NCBI GenBank assembly: GCA_051294375.1
Contig: CM119266.1
Span: forward strand, 25,441,731-25,505,730
Direction: 5' to 3'
DNA: 64,000 nucleotides
From: Paraspadella gotoi
Lineage: Eukaryota; Animalia; Chaetognatha
The position numbers and the translations under genes were made by a program. Positions 38,185-51,975 of the stretch are shown piece by piece (positions within the stretch are counted from its first letter, which is position 1; each line of letters starts with the position of its first letter). A model generated the notes under the pieces. It was not told the DNA's origin, searched no databases, and saw only the letters and a program-made list of their open reading frames with translations.

Positions 38185-40563
38185 TTATTCTTCGTACTCC
38201 TCTAGCCTCTTGCACATGTAAGGACCCTCCAATTCGTAGCCGAGTTTTCGGTAATAGTTTCTGGTGCCAACCCCGCTGATGACGGCAAGCTTCCTGGCAC
38301 CGTGCTCGTCGCGAGCAATACGCTCCGCTTCTTCCATTAGTAACATTCCGAAACCCTAAAAAAATTAGCGAGGCTCAAAGATTGCGTTAAAACAAACCAC
38401 GAAAATTTTGACCGTCAACCTGATGTTGAAACTTTTTCGGATCTTTCGCGGAAACGGGGACAACAGAGCCGTAAACGTGCAACTCCCGGACTATGGAGAC
38501 TCCGCCTTTCAGCTCCGGTCGGAAAACTTCTTCCGAACACCGACGTAAACGAAGAAGGCCGATAAGAATGTCCTGATGGGTGAAGAGACAAGACGATAAA
38601 CAAGAAAATAAATTCATTTATGTTACCTATCAAAAGCACACTGCACCTGCTCTGGATCCTCGTAGGATAAGAACGTTTCCCAACCGCCATTGGCGACGTA
38701 GTCCCGTCTAATAAGTTCGACGTTGTTGGGCCGAACCTTGTTGTGAATTTCTTGAATACCAACCTCGCGCGTGCGAACGTCGCGACACGTCGTTCCGAGA
38801 TCCTTCATGCGCGCCAAGGCCAGCTCGCGCAGGTTGCCGTGCTCTACTCCCGAAGTCACTAAAGGTGAACGCCACAAGATGAATTTTGAACGAATGAAAT
38901 TAATTTATAATTAAATTGGTTACCCAAAGGCATCGGAATGTCTCTTTGCACTCTGTAAACTCTGGTCCACGGAGGAACCAAGGCGAGAATTCTTGCGGTG
39001 AGATCGATGAGAGTCGACGGCGCGTAACTTTTGTAACGACCCGTTTTCCACAGTTCGTACAAACCCGTACCTCGTATGACGAGAGTTGGGTAAAGCTTTA
39101 ATCCGTCAGGCCTGAAATAGAAATGTAGTAAGATAATTTTCCCTCATTTTAAATGCCATGTAGAGATTAAAATAATGATGATCTTTCCAACGAAGCAGAT
39201 CATTTAACCTACCTGAAAGCAGGATTTTCAAACAACTCGACGAACTGTTCGATGTCACGTTCTATGGGAACGTTTGGGAGATTGGGCATCATGTGACTGA
39301 CGACTTTGTATCCGGCGTCTTTGCTCATGTGAAACGACTCGCTCACAGCACGAACCGTGTGACCTCTGATAAAATAAACTTGTATTAAGTGAGGAAGTAT
39401 TTCTTCTATCTATACGTATCGATCCCATTACTCTTCCCCATTTTCGCTCGCGACACTTATCTTCCTCCTTTTCATCACCTTTTCCCGCCTTTTCATCGAG
39501 CGACGGAGACTTGAAAAAGCAGACAGAGTGATCTAGTCTCGTCTCTTGTCATTTGGCGATCAGGAGGCCCCTTGACAGGTATTATACATTATATTTTTGT
39601 CCTCTCAGACCGCGGGTTTTGCCCACAAACTTTTAAAGAGTAAGTTCACGGTTAGAGACAGTTCATAAACCGACAAAACCCATGTCCCAACCTGTTGGTG
39701 TCTCTGGCGACGTCCTCGTAAACGGACTGCACCCCGATCTCTAATCGGGTGCACCCGTAGCGAAGCATGTCCGACAGGTGCTTTTTGAGGCAGTAATCGG
39801 GCCTCGTTTCGATAGTGATTCCGATGCATTTAGTATTGCTCCTTTCCGAGTACTTGACGGCCTCGTCGACGTTGCTGCTGGTGAATCCCGAGAGAGCGTC
39901 GTGAAGATTACGGATGAAGTAGTCGCGGTAATCCTCGGGCAGAGCCATAAAGGTTCCGCCCATGACTATGAACTCGACTTTATCGACAGAATGGCCGAGA
40001 GTCTTGAGTTGTTCCACCCGATGTCGCGTCTGCAGGTAAGGGTCGTACCGCGCCCGGATAGCCCGCATGGAGGTCGGTTCGTATCCGGTGTAAGACTGCG
40101 TCGAGTATTCAAAGTCTGAATCGGGGCCGCCGGGACAGTAGACGCAGATGTTGCCCGTCATGGCGATGTGGGGGCATCTGAAAGATGTGTTTATTCTGTC
40201 GTGGATGCTAACGAATCAAATAAAAAATTGCATCCACGTAGTATCAACCCACACCCCATAATAAAACCTATGCGGCTTGCACATGACGGCGACGACGGCG
40301 ATGCCCGAGGCCGTCCGCACCGGCTTCGCCTTAAGTTTCGGGAGCAACGCCTTCTTGTGTGCGGAGGGGACGCCGGCGATGATGTCTACAAGTCGTGGCG
40401 CGGATTCGAGTCCGTACTTGGCGGCCGAACGGCGCTTGAGCGAGTTGAGATGAACGTCGGCTCCAGATTCATGAGCTGTAATGAGTTGTTGTACAATATC
40501 GGAAATGACCAGCACCATCAGCTCTTCACGAGACTGAGTAGGTCTTTTCCGGTTTTTAGTCAT
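38185..40563 (-). CDS. ELP3: Elongator complex protein 3 (radical SAM + GNAT; tRNA U34 carboxymethylation)
   Basis: Multi-exon. [105 protein letters not shown]. Confidence 0.97.
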
Positions 40564-42030
40564 TCTCTTCTGACAAGAGCTTTGTTTGCTATTTTATTTG
40601 AAAAATTGACGTGGTAGTCCTCGTCGAATCGTAATAAACATATCACATCGGACGCTGCAAAAAAGAAGCACAAAATTTTATCGTACATGTAACTGAATGA
40701 GGCCCCTAATTTTTAAAAATATGTCATAAAATATAATTTTAATCAACGAGAGACAGACAAAGAGAGAGATGTCACGCCCATGACAAAAGCTTTCTAATAA
40801 TAACTGATTGAAATAATAAACCGTTTCGATCACTAGATGAAAAATTTCAGCCTTTTAAACCAACGCTTCTTATTAATTAATTAAACAATGAACCATATGC
40901 ACTCGTTCAAGTCCCTATAAAATAGTATGCAATAGTATGCATCAAGCAAAATAATTTTTCTTAGTTTCCATCTTTCCATAATTGTGAAAAGAATGCTCTT
41001 ATTAATGATTTGTTTTTAACTTACACCCTAGGCCCTTTTGGGAGTTTGACGAGCATATAAGGTAGTGAGAGATCAAGATTGTCAAGGATTCTAATCACCT
41101 AATCACGGCTTCAAACGTGAGATAAACGAATGTGTGGTGTCTGTTGTGATATGAAGGTTATTATTTTTGTCAGTGTGGGGTTAAAAAATACGTACGTAAC
41201 AGTTACCTTCTCCGGCCGTTGATAGGAGAGAATCAATGCCAATCTCGCGACTATCAATGTTTGTTTGTTTTGATAACTATGACTTGCTCATTACGCTCAA
41301 TAGAACAAAAACTTAGGCAAACCAAATATAATGGTAATAATTATAATAATTAATAATACATGGCAACCAAGGATATATTGGGCGCAAAGTGGCTAAACGG
41401 AAAACAAGATCTGGAAATTAAAAAAAAAATATATTCTTAGCGTCACGCGGCCACGACTTGTCAAACATTGACGCGCCCAAGCAACAACATGCAAACAAAT
41501 CTTTCGTCTCGGCGATAGAACTATCTCGCCAATAAACATCAGGCGAGCTAAAAAGATTGGGCGCTAATGAATGCTTCTGTGGCTCCCCCGGCGTTCTCTA
41601 CGTTTAAACAAATATGTAAGATTGTATCAAAATGCGAATTAGAAACATAAATAAAGGTACTAAACAAAAAGCTCATGAGATTAGCAAGTCTAACTCCGTT
41701 TCATTATCACGGCAGCCGAAAAAAATTTCAATCGCGATATTCGTCAAAAATTTTTGTAGCTAGGAACTTTGCAAGAAAAAAAAACTGCGACCAACTTTTT
41801 CATAATTTTTTTTTTAATTAAGTTTGGGAATTTTCTTATTTACAAATCTGATCGACATAAAAAAAACTTTCTAACAAACAAATGACTAGACCGAAAATCT
41901 TATCTTCGCCGATTGTTTCCAACCCAGCCGAAACGAAATCTCAAAACCCATGACTACCCTCCCTGAAAACCCTCTCTCGTTCGCCCGCGTCTTCACCCCT
42001 TCTCCACGCCCCTTCCCGGTTCTTTTAAGA

Positions 42031-44279
42031 TCAGGATTCGGCGGTCGGGGTCGTCGTTCGCATGGGCTTCATCTGCGGCGACGCTCCTCGAGTCATCCTT
42101 TCCAGTTCAGCGGCGGCGTCTACGCGGACCGATGCCTTGTCGTTGCCCGGCGTCATTGGCCGGGCCATCATAGGAGAGGGGGCGACAGGGGCGCCCCCGG
42201 CGGGGCTGATGGCGCCGCCACTCGGGGAACCAGTCTTTTTGCTAAGTAAGCTGTTAAAAAAGTTGGCAAGGACGCCCTCTTGCGATGTTGCGCCCGCCAC
42301 GGCCGCGGCGGCGGCGGGAGACGCGCCAGAGTCGAGCTTCTTTATGGAAGCGGGCGAGGCGGATCCGCCGCCCGTTGACGAGACTTGCGGGGAACCCAGC
42401 GTCCGACGGTCCAAGGATTTGGGAACGCCAGAAGAGGTGCTGACGCGAGCTCCGTCCATGCGAACGCCGGGTCCGGAGGGTAAGGCCTGATACGGGGTTA
42501 AAGATTGCAAATTTTTTTTGGCTGAGAATCGCACTTTCCCACTGAGAGCCTTACCTTGGAAAGCAGCTGTTGTTGACGCAAGAGAAACGTTTGTTCGTCC
42601 TCTACTATGACTTCCGGTTCAGAGGGAATGGGCTTTCGAACGGGAACGGGGCGAACGATCACGTCTTCAAAAGGATCTTCGGGTTTCACTGTAGGGGACA
42701 TTTTTAATCATGGTCATTGGGTCGCTCAAAAGTAAAATACCCAGACCTGACCCGCCCTACTCACCTGATGTTAAGTTAGGATACAAAATACCAATCTTGG
42801 CTTCGCTGTCCCATCCGGCTGGAATGAACACTGCGTCCCTTTCCACCACCGAAGCCTAGAAAAGAGACCAAGTGAGTGTGTGTGAGAGAGAGAGAGAGAA
42901 AGAGGAGACTCCCGACTCTCCTTTATTCACCCACCTGGTGCAAAAACGGGAATCCGTAGAGTCTATGCAGGGCGTATTTGAGGAAAAGATCACAGTTTTT
43001 ATCTTCTTTGACAGAGGTGTAGACGAGGGCGGCGCCGAAATTGAGGCAAAAGTGTCGCACGTGTTGTTGGATGAAGTCGAAGTGTTCTTCCCGATAGTCG
43101 AACTCCTTCTCCAGGTTCGCTGGGGAAATGAAGATGGCGAAGAGTATTAGAAAAATCAAATAATCAGTTGAATGTAGTCAAAGTGACTCTCACCGATGGC
43201 GTCGGTCTTAGTGACGACGATGACGATGGGAAGCCCCAAATTGTTGGTCAGCGTGGTTTCGCCGAGCGGCAAGAGGACTCCCTCGTCCTCTTCTCCCGTC
43301 GCCGCGCCCGACGGCGACAAGAGGCCCGATCTTTTGGGATGGTTGCCCGACTGGAGGGCGCCTTCGTCAGGCTCCGTGTATTCCTGAGGGGGTGAAAGTA
43401 TTCGAAAAGAAAGTCGACGTTCGTCGAAAAATTTATGACAAGTATTATTTTTTTTTTTCAGTTTTCTTCCTCGCCTGAAAATGCCGTTGCAATTGCGTTT
43501 CGTACTCCTTCATCTGTTGCGGCGGGATCTTGAGTCTGTCGACGTGGCGCTGAAGAAGCTGCGACCATCGGTCCAACGACGACATGATAGTCCAGGGCTT
43601 CGCCATTGAAACGGTCAGGCAGATCATGGTGTTGGGAAAGGACTCCTCCGAAAGAGCGAATCGGAGAAGGCCTGAGATGATAAGATGAAAATATGCACGG
43701 ATAATAAATTCCATCTTCCCGAGCCACAACAAATCTCAATTCTCACCGGCATGATGCAAATCGCCGTCGACGATGAACACTCCCATCTGAACTCCCTCGT
43801 CGCGGTCTTCGTCCCTGACGGCGACGGAGTGGTACTCCAAGCCCTGTCCCTTCTTCGGGTCGTCGTCGCCCTTGATCCGCGCCACCAGCGACGTCTTTCC
43901 AGTCTCGTTCTCGCCCAACATCACTATCCTTTGGCCTTTGGGAAGCTTCTTCGTAGACTTGGATTGGACTAGGGGAGACAACAAGGGGTCAGCTACGCTT
44001 TCACCAATTCAACAGGCTGGATGTCAAAAAAAAACTGCTTAAAACTCAATTACCTTCAGTCAGGAGTTTCGCCCAAAGACGATTGTTTTCCGTTTCCCCG
44101 TTTATTCCGTTGGCCACAGACGACCCGTCCATGGAGGCTCCTCCGGCGACGGCGGAGGAGGAGCCGCCCCTGGTTAGGTCGCTCCTGCTGCTGCTGTTTT
44201 TGCTGCTGTTGCTGGAATGTTTTTTGGAGTCATTATTACTGCTAACAGTCGCTGTTGCTACTCCACCAACGGGAGCCAT
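42031..44279 (-). CDS. Cytoplasmic dynein 1 light intermediate chain (DYNC1LI1/2 co-ortholog)
   Basis: About 8 exons. P-loop-like [64 protein letters not shown]-terminal helix [15 protein letters not shown]. 5'UTR intron ~44282-44429. Confidence 0.93.
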
Positions 44280-45158
44280 TGCTGAAAAGGAAAATATTAA
44301 AGTTCTTTATTGTTGATTTTTTGAGCAACGAAATTAGCAACAATTTGACTGGCAGTGAAATTTTATTAAACTCGAGAACATGTGATCAAAATAATCCGTC
44401 GAGTTAAATGTTTTTTTTTCTTCGCTTACGTTTCCCAGAGTTCCGGATAGTATTATTGAAAATACTATTGTAAATCGCATAATCGATTCACTATATAAGG
44501 GTCATTTTTGTCTTTGTCGATTTTTTATTAATGGGTTCGCTTAAACCCACAATTTTATTACTAGGTGACAACTGAAAGTGTAAGAAAAATAAATTCATGC
44601 ACGTAAAGAGGCGAGGATATTAGTTAATTTTTTAACTTACAAATCCAATTGATAAGAGAAAGGCACTTTTTATGGTGTCCAATACGAACGAAACAAACAA
44701 GTGCGAGGAGACGAACAAAAGAATGTAAAAAAGGACGGAACTAAATAAAAAACATTTTATTGTAACGTGGACGGAATCTGATTGATAAACGAATACTGGA
44801 ACATAAAACAATGATCACCCAGAACCTGAAGAAAGACAAATTGTAAGCCAAAGTTCCAGAATAAATGATACAGATCAGTTCTTCAAAAAATTATACATGT
44901 ATTATACATGTGTACGATTTAATCATTTCCATGAAGCTCCGAATTCACCATCTTATTCTAATGAAATAACTGACAAAATTTTTAAAAAAGTAATAGATTG
45001 AAAATCATATTAATTACTGGATCATTCGTCCTGGGGTAACGGTTATTGTATTGCGAACTATTCCAAAAGAATTTGGGTGAAAGCCCCCAGTAAAATTAAC
45101 CGAAAAATAAATAATTCGGCTTTGGATTAAACAGTATTTTCTCCTGCAAAAGCAGGAC

Positions 45159-48100
45159 TTAAAATAAATCGCCATTTTTGAGGGCGTGTCCGGTGATAGC
45201 CATGCGAGGAACGGCGTCGTCCGAGACAGCGTTCTTTCGACCAGAAGTGAATCCAGCGGGGGCGTTAATCGCTGCGTTTCCCCTCGGGTTGCTGCGTTTC
45301 CTTTGCTGAGGGGGCGCTCCCACGTGCCCGGCGGGAGTGGAATGCGTGGAGTGAACGGTGGCGTTGTTGGCGAGAATACCACCCCGGTTTTTCCGAACGA
45401 TAGTAAGCGGCGCAACGCCGGAACTGCTGTTTACTTGCGGAACCGTGGAAGAGGGCGCCTCCCGACTTAGCAAAGACTGCGGTTCCCTTTCTGGCACGTC
45501 GCGCGGAAACCACAGCTTCGAGCCGCCTCCGTTTTTTGAGCCTTTTCCAGGGGCACGATTCTTGAGGGCGGCGTTTTGACGCCATGGTTTGCTGTAGTCA
45601 CCTTCAACGTCATACGAATTCCGAAAGACGCCTCGGCGTCGGCGTTCCGGTGCTCCTCGCGCTGCCTTGGCCTTTCCAGCATCGGCAACGATGGTTGAGC
45701 GATCGTCGGCCTCCGGCGAGGGGACTCTGTTACGCGTAGGGTTACGGCTGATGCCCTGAAAACGAGGCGGAGCGACCAGCAGAGAGTCTCTTCTCGGAGC
45801 CGCGTGACCTGGGTCGCCGTTTCCAGTGTCAAGGCGAACGACGCCATCGTGCGTAGCGACGCTGCTGACGAAGGAAAGAGAAGACACGTTCTGCGTGGCG
45901 CGGTTGGAGGGCACACCGATTTCCGTCAAATCATTGATGGAGATGGAAAGGCGGCCATCGTTGTGGGCTCGTCGTCGAGCCGCGGCGATCAAGGAAATGC
46001 TCTGCGTCTGATTCTTAACGTTAGCCGCGGGCGCTGGAGAGCGGGACGAGACGAGTTCGGCGACTCCCTCACCAGGCGATGTCTGCTCCACCTCCACACG
46101 AGGATGAAGCCCAACCTTGTTACCCACTCGACTGTAGCGGCGAAGGCCGGCAGCTCCTTCCGCTTTGGTACCAGGGAAATGAGGGTTAGGGGATGAGGAG
46201 TCTCGGGGTAATTGGTATTTCGGTTTGAAGGGATCCCCAGTAGGGGAGCCGACAGGCGAACAAGGGTCGCTGAGCGATACTAAACGGGTCTCAGTCCCGC
46301 GAGAGCGCCTCGTTTCGGGTTTGACGGGCGTCGGGGTACGAGCCGTCACTCTGGCCACGCCGTCCAATCTTGTGGCGGCTCCCTCAAGAATATCCGGCGC
46401 GCTGTCCTGATGATTCTTGCGAGAGAAGATCTTACGGGCTTTGGCGCTTTCGCGAAAAAGTTTCTCCTCTCCGTTGATGATAGCGTCGGCGTCGCGGCGT
46501 CGACGTCGACCGGGAAGGCGGCGGGAGACTGCCTCGCGAGGAGAATCGTTCGTCGAGGATGACTGTTCTGATTCCGTCGCCGAAGGATCGGACCTATAAA
46601 CCAGTCGATAGTTTGAATTTGCTGGAATTAAATTAATCGACATTTTAATACTGGAAGACCAACTCCAACCTTTGACTTGTATCCACTTCCGTCTCCCCAA
46701 AAATCTTCATCAACTGAGCGACGCTGTGAAGACGAGGAGGATTGAGTTCGGTCGGGGTTCCGGCGTTCATCTCCCCCTCGTTCAGTTGAAGGTACAAGTC
46801 GAAGCTCTCCTCCAGGTCCTCTGGGATGTCGACGGCATGGTCCAGAACGAGGCGCCGTTGCTGTTGGATTATTTGGTCGCACAACAGGCGGTTGTGCTCG
46901 TACCTGCGGGCAGTTTATGTTTAACAATGACTAATCAAAATCGGATATAAAATCAAATCTCACCTCTCAATGATCATGTCCTTCTTTCTAAGCTCGAAAT
47001 CCTTGAGCAATATGGCCGACTGAGATTCAGTGTTTTCAATTTCCAACTCGTGAACTTTACAGAGCAACGAGAGAATCTCCCGATGCTCCTCGCTACCGAT
47101 GGCGCTGGGGAGGCTCTCTTCTAGTTGGGCTGCCGAAGGGAAAAAAAGTAGAAATGTATTAAACAAAAGCTAAAAATACATATTTTAATATTTAAACCGC
47201 TTTAACTCTTTTTCGTCTTACCCGCTTTAGCCCGACATTCTCCCAACTCTCGTGCCAATCTGTTCTTTTCTATGTCGAGCCTTTGACGCTGAACTTGAAG
47301 GTTACCGAGACGCTCGCGCGCCATCACCACTTCGGGTGGTTCGTCCGGACTCCCCACCAAAGCAAGAGTTTCCAACTCGCCCTTCTCCATGTTGTCTAGA
47401 TCCTAGCCACAAGAGTTGAAAAATCAAATAAGTTAAAGCCCGTCCAAAGGACTCCAAAAATTCAAACCTTGTTGTCGATGGTGGCTTCGTTGTCTTTTCC
47501 TTCGGTGAGTGGGTTGACCTTCTTTTTCGCGTGGCGCTCCCCCTCCCAGTCGCGCACGATGATCAGGTGACGAGACTGTTCTAGACTCAACTCCATCGAC
47601 TGCGAATTCGTGTCCATCAGTTTTCGCCTGGGGGGGGGGAAGATGGAGAAAAGGGGTACATGTGTCCTTATATTATTTTTTAGGATACGATTTTTTATGC
47701 CACATAATCATAGACGTCACAAAAAGAATAGAGTATAAGCATCATTTTTTCTTTTGAATTCTGACCTTTTCATCGACAAAACGCAAAGATCGCAACTACA
47801 AAGACTGGAATCTTTCCACGAGAGTAACGAGAAAGAACGACGCTTTTTCCGGGCGCCAAACGTTGACAAAAAGGATAAGCAAATCCCCATTATTTCTTAT
47901 TAGGTGAAATTGGTGTAAATATTCATATTAGAATATCAGCCCTAGCCTGTACCTCCGCCATATTGGCCCATAACAGTCGTGGCGGCTTAACGGGGCAAAA
48001 CCTTGATCGAGCTCGGATTTGGCCGCACACGACAGAAAGCTGACAAACCCCGCAATTTAATGAGCAAGCGAATTATAACTAACCCCCTGACTGCCGTAAC

Positions 48101-50239
48101 AGGAGAGAGCAGGCCATTTCTGCTAACAGCAAATCTACGGGCACGCCAGTGGGGGCACGCCAGTGGGGGCACGCCAGTGGGGGGCACGCCAGTGGGGGCA
48201 CGCCAGTGGGGGCACGCCAGTGGGGGCACGCCAGTGGGGGCACGCCAGTGGGGGCACGCCAGTGGGGGCACGCCAGTGGGGGCACGCCAGTGGGGGCACG
48301 CCAGGTGGGGGCACGCCAGTGGGGGCACGCCAGTGGGGGCACGCCAGTGGGGGCACCGCCAGTGGGGGCACGCCAGTGGGGGCACGCCAGTGGGGGCACG
48401 CCAGTGGGGGCACGCCCAGTGGGGGCACGCCAGTGGGGGCACGCCAGTGGGGGCACGCCAGTGGGGGCACGCCAAAACTGATATTTAAAATGCGCTACTT
48501 ACCTCAAATCCATTTGTTCTCGAAAAGTCTCGACGAGCTGCTCCTTCAGCGCCGCGATTCCCGACTTTTTTACGACGCCGCTCGTCCGTCCGGCGACGGC
48601 GCCCTTAGCTGTGCCGACGACGGTGCTGCTCAAAGCGGCTTCGCCGTCTTGCTCGTCGATCTTTTTCCTCAATCGGGCAATTTCTTCGCGCAATTCCCCG
48701 ATAATGCTGAGGGAGAGATTAGAGAGACGTCGTCACACAATGACAATATTTTTGAGGTCATTTACCCTCGAGCGACGATACCCACCTCTGATATTGAGCA
48801 ATGTGGTAGCTGACATCGATGACGTTCTTTTTGACAGTGTTCTTGATGTTTTTCGCGCGGTCAGCGTAGAGCAGAGTGTTACGCGACTCTTCGAAGTGAA
48901 GGGACGCCGGCGAAATGTGGGCGATCATCACGGTCATTGAGTTTCCGCCAAGCGAGTCCTTCAAGATCCTCGTCAGCTTCGAATCGCGATAATTCACGTA
49001 GGCCTGAAAGAATTGAAGTAATGCAAAAGCAAAAACCAATTTAAACATAAATGTATTTTGAAATACATGTATTTTGAAATAAAAAATACCTTGGGTCCTT
49101 TCTCTACGAGGGCGTTGATGCAGTTACCGAGAGCCAAGAGGCTGCGATTGATATGAGCGCCTTCGACCATGCGCTTGCCACGGTTTTTGGTGTGAGCCGC
49201 GCGTTCAGAACCCGCTAAGTCAATGAGAAACAGACGTCCGATCTTCACCTGTTGGTTGGTGTCTCGTATGCGGCTCTGCTGACGGACAGTAACTTGAAGA
49301 ATAGCGTGGGACCTTGAAGAGAAAAAGAAGAAAAATAAATATCGATCTCCGCAGATTCTAAACTTTTACATCCAAAGTTACAATTCTTAAAAATGACTGG
49401 TCAAACCTTGACGAGGTCTTGTTGGCTGCGGTGGGTTCTTGCGTTCTTTCCTTGTTGCCCTGAAGGAGCATGGCCACGATATCCTCGGTGGAGGCGGCCT
49501 CGACTTCGCTGAGCCCGGCTACCACATTTCGTCCCTTGTTGTCCTCGCGGAGATCCAGAAGGCCCGAGGAAGGGTTGAGGAGGTCCCGGATGTTCTCGTT
49601 GTAGAGTTCAAAGTAGGACATGGTCACCTGAAAGAAAAAACCCAAATTTAGATTTTGATTTCGATTTAGAACGCGCACGGCCACGAACCAACAAAAATAC
49701 CTCTCTGAACAATTTTCTCACGTTTGTCTATTGTCCTGTATTCATCTGACCAGAAGTGGTAAATTGCCTTTGTTACCGTCTTTTCTTTTCCCTCTTACCT
49801 GATAACTTTGGTCCACGTTCTTTGTCATCTCCTGGAACAGATCGTTCAACGCCCTTGCCATGATACCGGGACTATCCTCGCTTCCCAACATCGTGTAAGT
49901 TTTGCCAGCTCCCGTGGCTCCGTAAGCAAAGACCGTGGCGTTAAATCCGTTGATGACCCAATTGATTAAGTCTTTGGTCGTTTTGTCGTAGACTTCCTCT
50001 TGCGTGGCGATGGCGTCAAATACGTAGTCGAACATGTACTGCTTCTCGCGGGTTCGATTCTGCCGCAGGATGTCGTCGGGATCCTCGGAAGGGTCAAGCA
50101 GGACGACCATGGTTTGATCGAGGGCGGCGTGGGCGGTGATCGTCCCGCCGCGATCTACCTCTTCGTCGCTGATGGGCCGAATGCGTAGCGCCACCGTCAA
50201 TGGCGACGCGTCGGCCGCTTGTCCACGCGCCGTCGCCAT
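45159..50239 (-). CDS. KIF19: Kinesin-8, KIF19-like
   Basis: About 10 exons. [88 protein letters not shown], then a coiled-coil stalk ([14 protein letters not shown]) and a long disordered last exon. The exact 3' end is tentative. Confidence 0.9.
48139..48474. repeat. 14-bp GC-rich minisatellite (GGGGGCACGCCAGT) x~24 in a KIF19 intron
   Basis: Directly visible tandem array with four single-base insertion variants. It accounts for the overlapping [27 protein letters not shown] ORFs in the track. Confidence 0.97.
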
Positions 50240-51516
50240 CTTCGAGCCAAGCGTCAGTAGGGGAGGGCGTAAAAATGTTTTACATTCATTTCAATTTCGA
50301 AAAGTTTTGTTTTTTTCCGCGAGGATACACGGAAAGAGGATATTTTTTCGAACGCATTGTTTGTTTTGTTTTGTTTTGGGCCCGAAGAAGGCAAAAGCGC
50401 CTAAGGCTAAAAACAAATCGAGATAGTGCAAAGTTTATTTTTATTATTATTATTTTTAAAAACGGCGAAAGGTCAAAACGGCGTAAAAAAGCTAATTTAT
50501 TTTCGAGATTAAACCATAAATGAACTTCGTTTCAGGTTTTAAATATTTGACCAAGTTGGTGGAAATATTAATAAAGGTGGAAGACGGGAGTTAGTAGAAG
50601 GGAGAAATGGGAGTCTAGATAATTCTTACGACCGACTCGTCATGATTATCGCGGCTCCGATTTCGCCCGAAGGAGGAAAAAGGAAACGAGTCGAAGGACG
50701 TTTCTGGGTCAACTCGAGTCGTTTCCCCTCCGGTTACGACTTCGATCCATTTAAAATATCCATTAAACTTTTTTTTAACAATTTCTTAAAATTCAAATTA
50801 TTCTTATTAATTCTCTCTCGAAAAAAGGTGATATATATCAAACTTCAGTAAAATTTTATCCTAAATTTGTAGTCACTCCACCCATAGTTTTTAATCCCGT
50901 ATCGAATGAATGACGAAAAACGTCCATCCTCTGATATGTCCGACTTGTCCGTTCCTCGTCCTTTCCCTCCCAAGGAAGCGACGCTCCGCCAAAACAAAAA
51001 ACTGTTTTTTCCTCCTCTTCGTCTCCCCGAGATCTTAAAGACGCCGAGAAAATATAAGAATCTGGAACACGAAAAGCAAGGGACGAATAATAATAGAGAA
51101 CGCGTGTGCATGTGTGTGTTCCACACACGCAGATAAAGAGGGGGGAAGCTGCCCGGGAGAATTTATCATTAATTTCGATTTAATTTACGTGCGAACTGCT
51201 TCGACGGCTCTTGGTTAAGTCAACGTCCCCAGGTGTAACGGAGAGAATAAAAAGAAAATCAAGGAGGGTCAACAAAAATGGAGAAAAATAAATGACTCGA
51301 CGAAACAATGTTGATAGTAACGATGGAAAGAGAAGGGGTCGTCGTTCCGTCGGGCGTGACCGGACGTCAAAAAAGGTTCATAAATAAAAGTTCATCGTCC
51401 TCGAGGATTAGGATTGGACTCGGAGAGCGTTCGTCCCTTGCCATTTCGATTGAGCCCTTTCCAAACAGAGTTCCAAAATTCAACTTTCCCCTCCCCCAAA
51501 AAAAACCTCCGCTCAA

Positions 51517-51975
51517 TTAGAGCGGTTCGGACTCGACGAGTTTGAACCAGTGACCGCACTGGCAACGCTTCGGATGGCCCTTGTATAGGTAGAACCAGGT
51601 AATGTGATTCTGGTCCTCCTCGCATATGTGGCCGACGATCCGCTTGTTAAACATAGAAGGGATGAGGTCGGGATTGGCCAAGGAACCTTCGCCGCGTTCC
51701 AGGACTTTCAATTCAAAAGGGTCGTCGTTACCCTGAGAGAAATTAACATAGGATTAATAACTACATACGATAACTGTTTTTGGGATATTGCGTCAATAAG
51801 TTGCCTCGCGGCCATCACTTACCGCAAGATGAGCGAGTTTCTCTTTCTTCTCGATGCCGACGGCATGCTCCAACGAGTCAGGCATGACTCTCGCGATGCC
51901 ACGCCTCGTCACCATGGAGACGGCGGGCGCAACCGCCTTTCGGCAAAAAGCTCCCAAACGAAGAGCAGCGGCCAT
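51517..51975 (-). CDS. COX5B: Cytochrome c oxidase subunit 5B, copy 1
   Basis: Two exons (51975-~51822 and ~51732-51517). Presequence, MPDSLEHAVGIEKKE, DDPF, LIPSMFNKRIVGHICEED, WFYLYKGHPKRCQCGHWFKL. Confidence 0.93.

Noticed and set aside
41030-41185. Possible spliced-leader RNA (ATAAG|GTAGTG followed by an Sm-like ATTTTTG)
   Set aside because: Both motifs are short and common in AT-rich DNA, and I could not verify the stem-loops. An Rfam or leader search would be needed.
47987-48813. Overlapping repetitive ORFs ([14 protein letters not shown] / [13 protein letters not shown]) and a CRISPR-like appearance
   Set aside because: These are translations of a stop-free 14-bp intronic minisatellite; there are no unique spacers and the context is eukaryotic.
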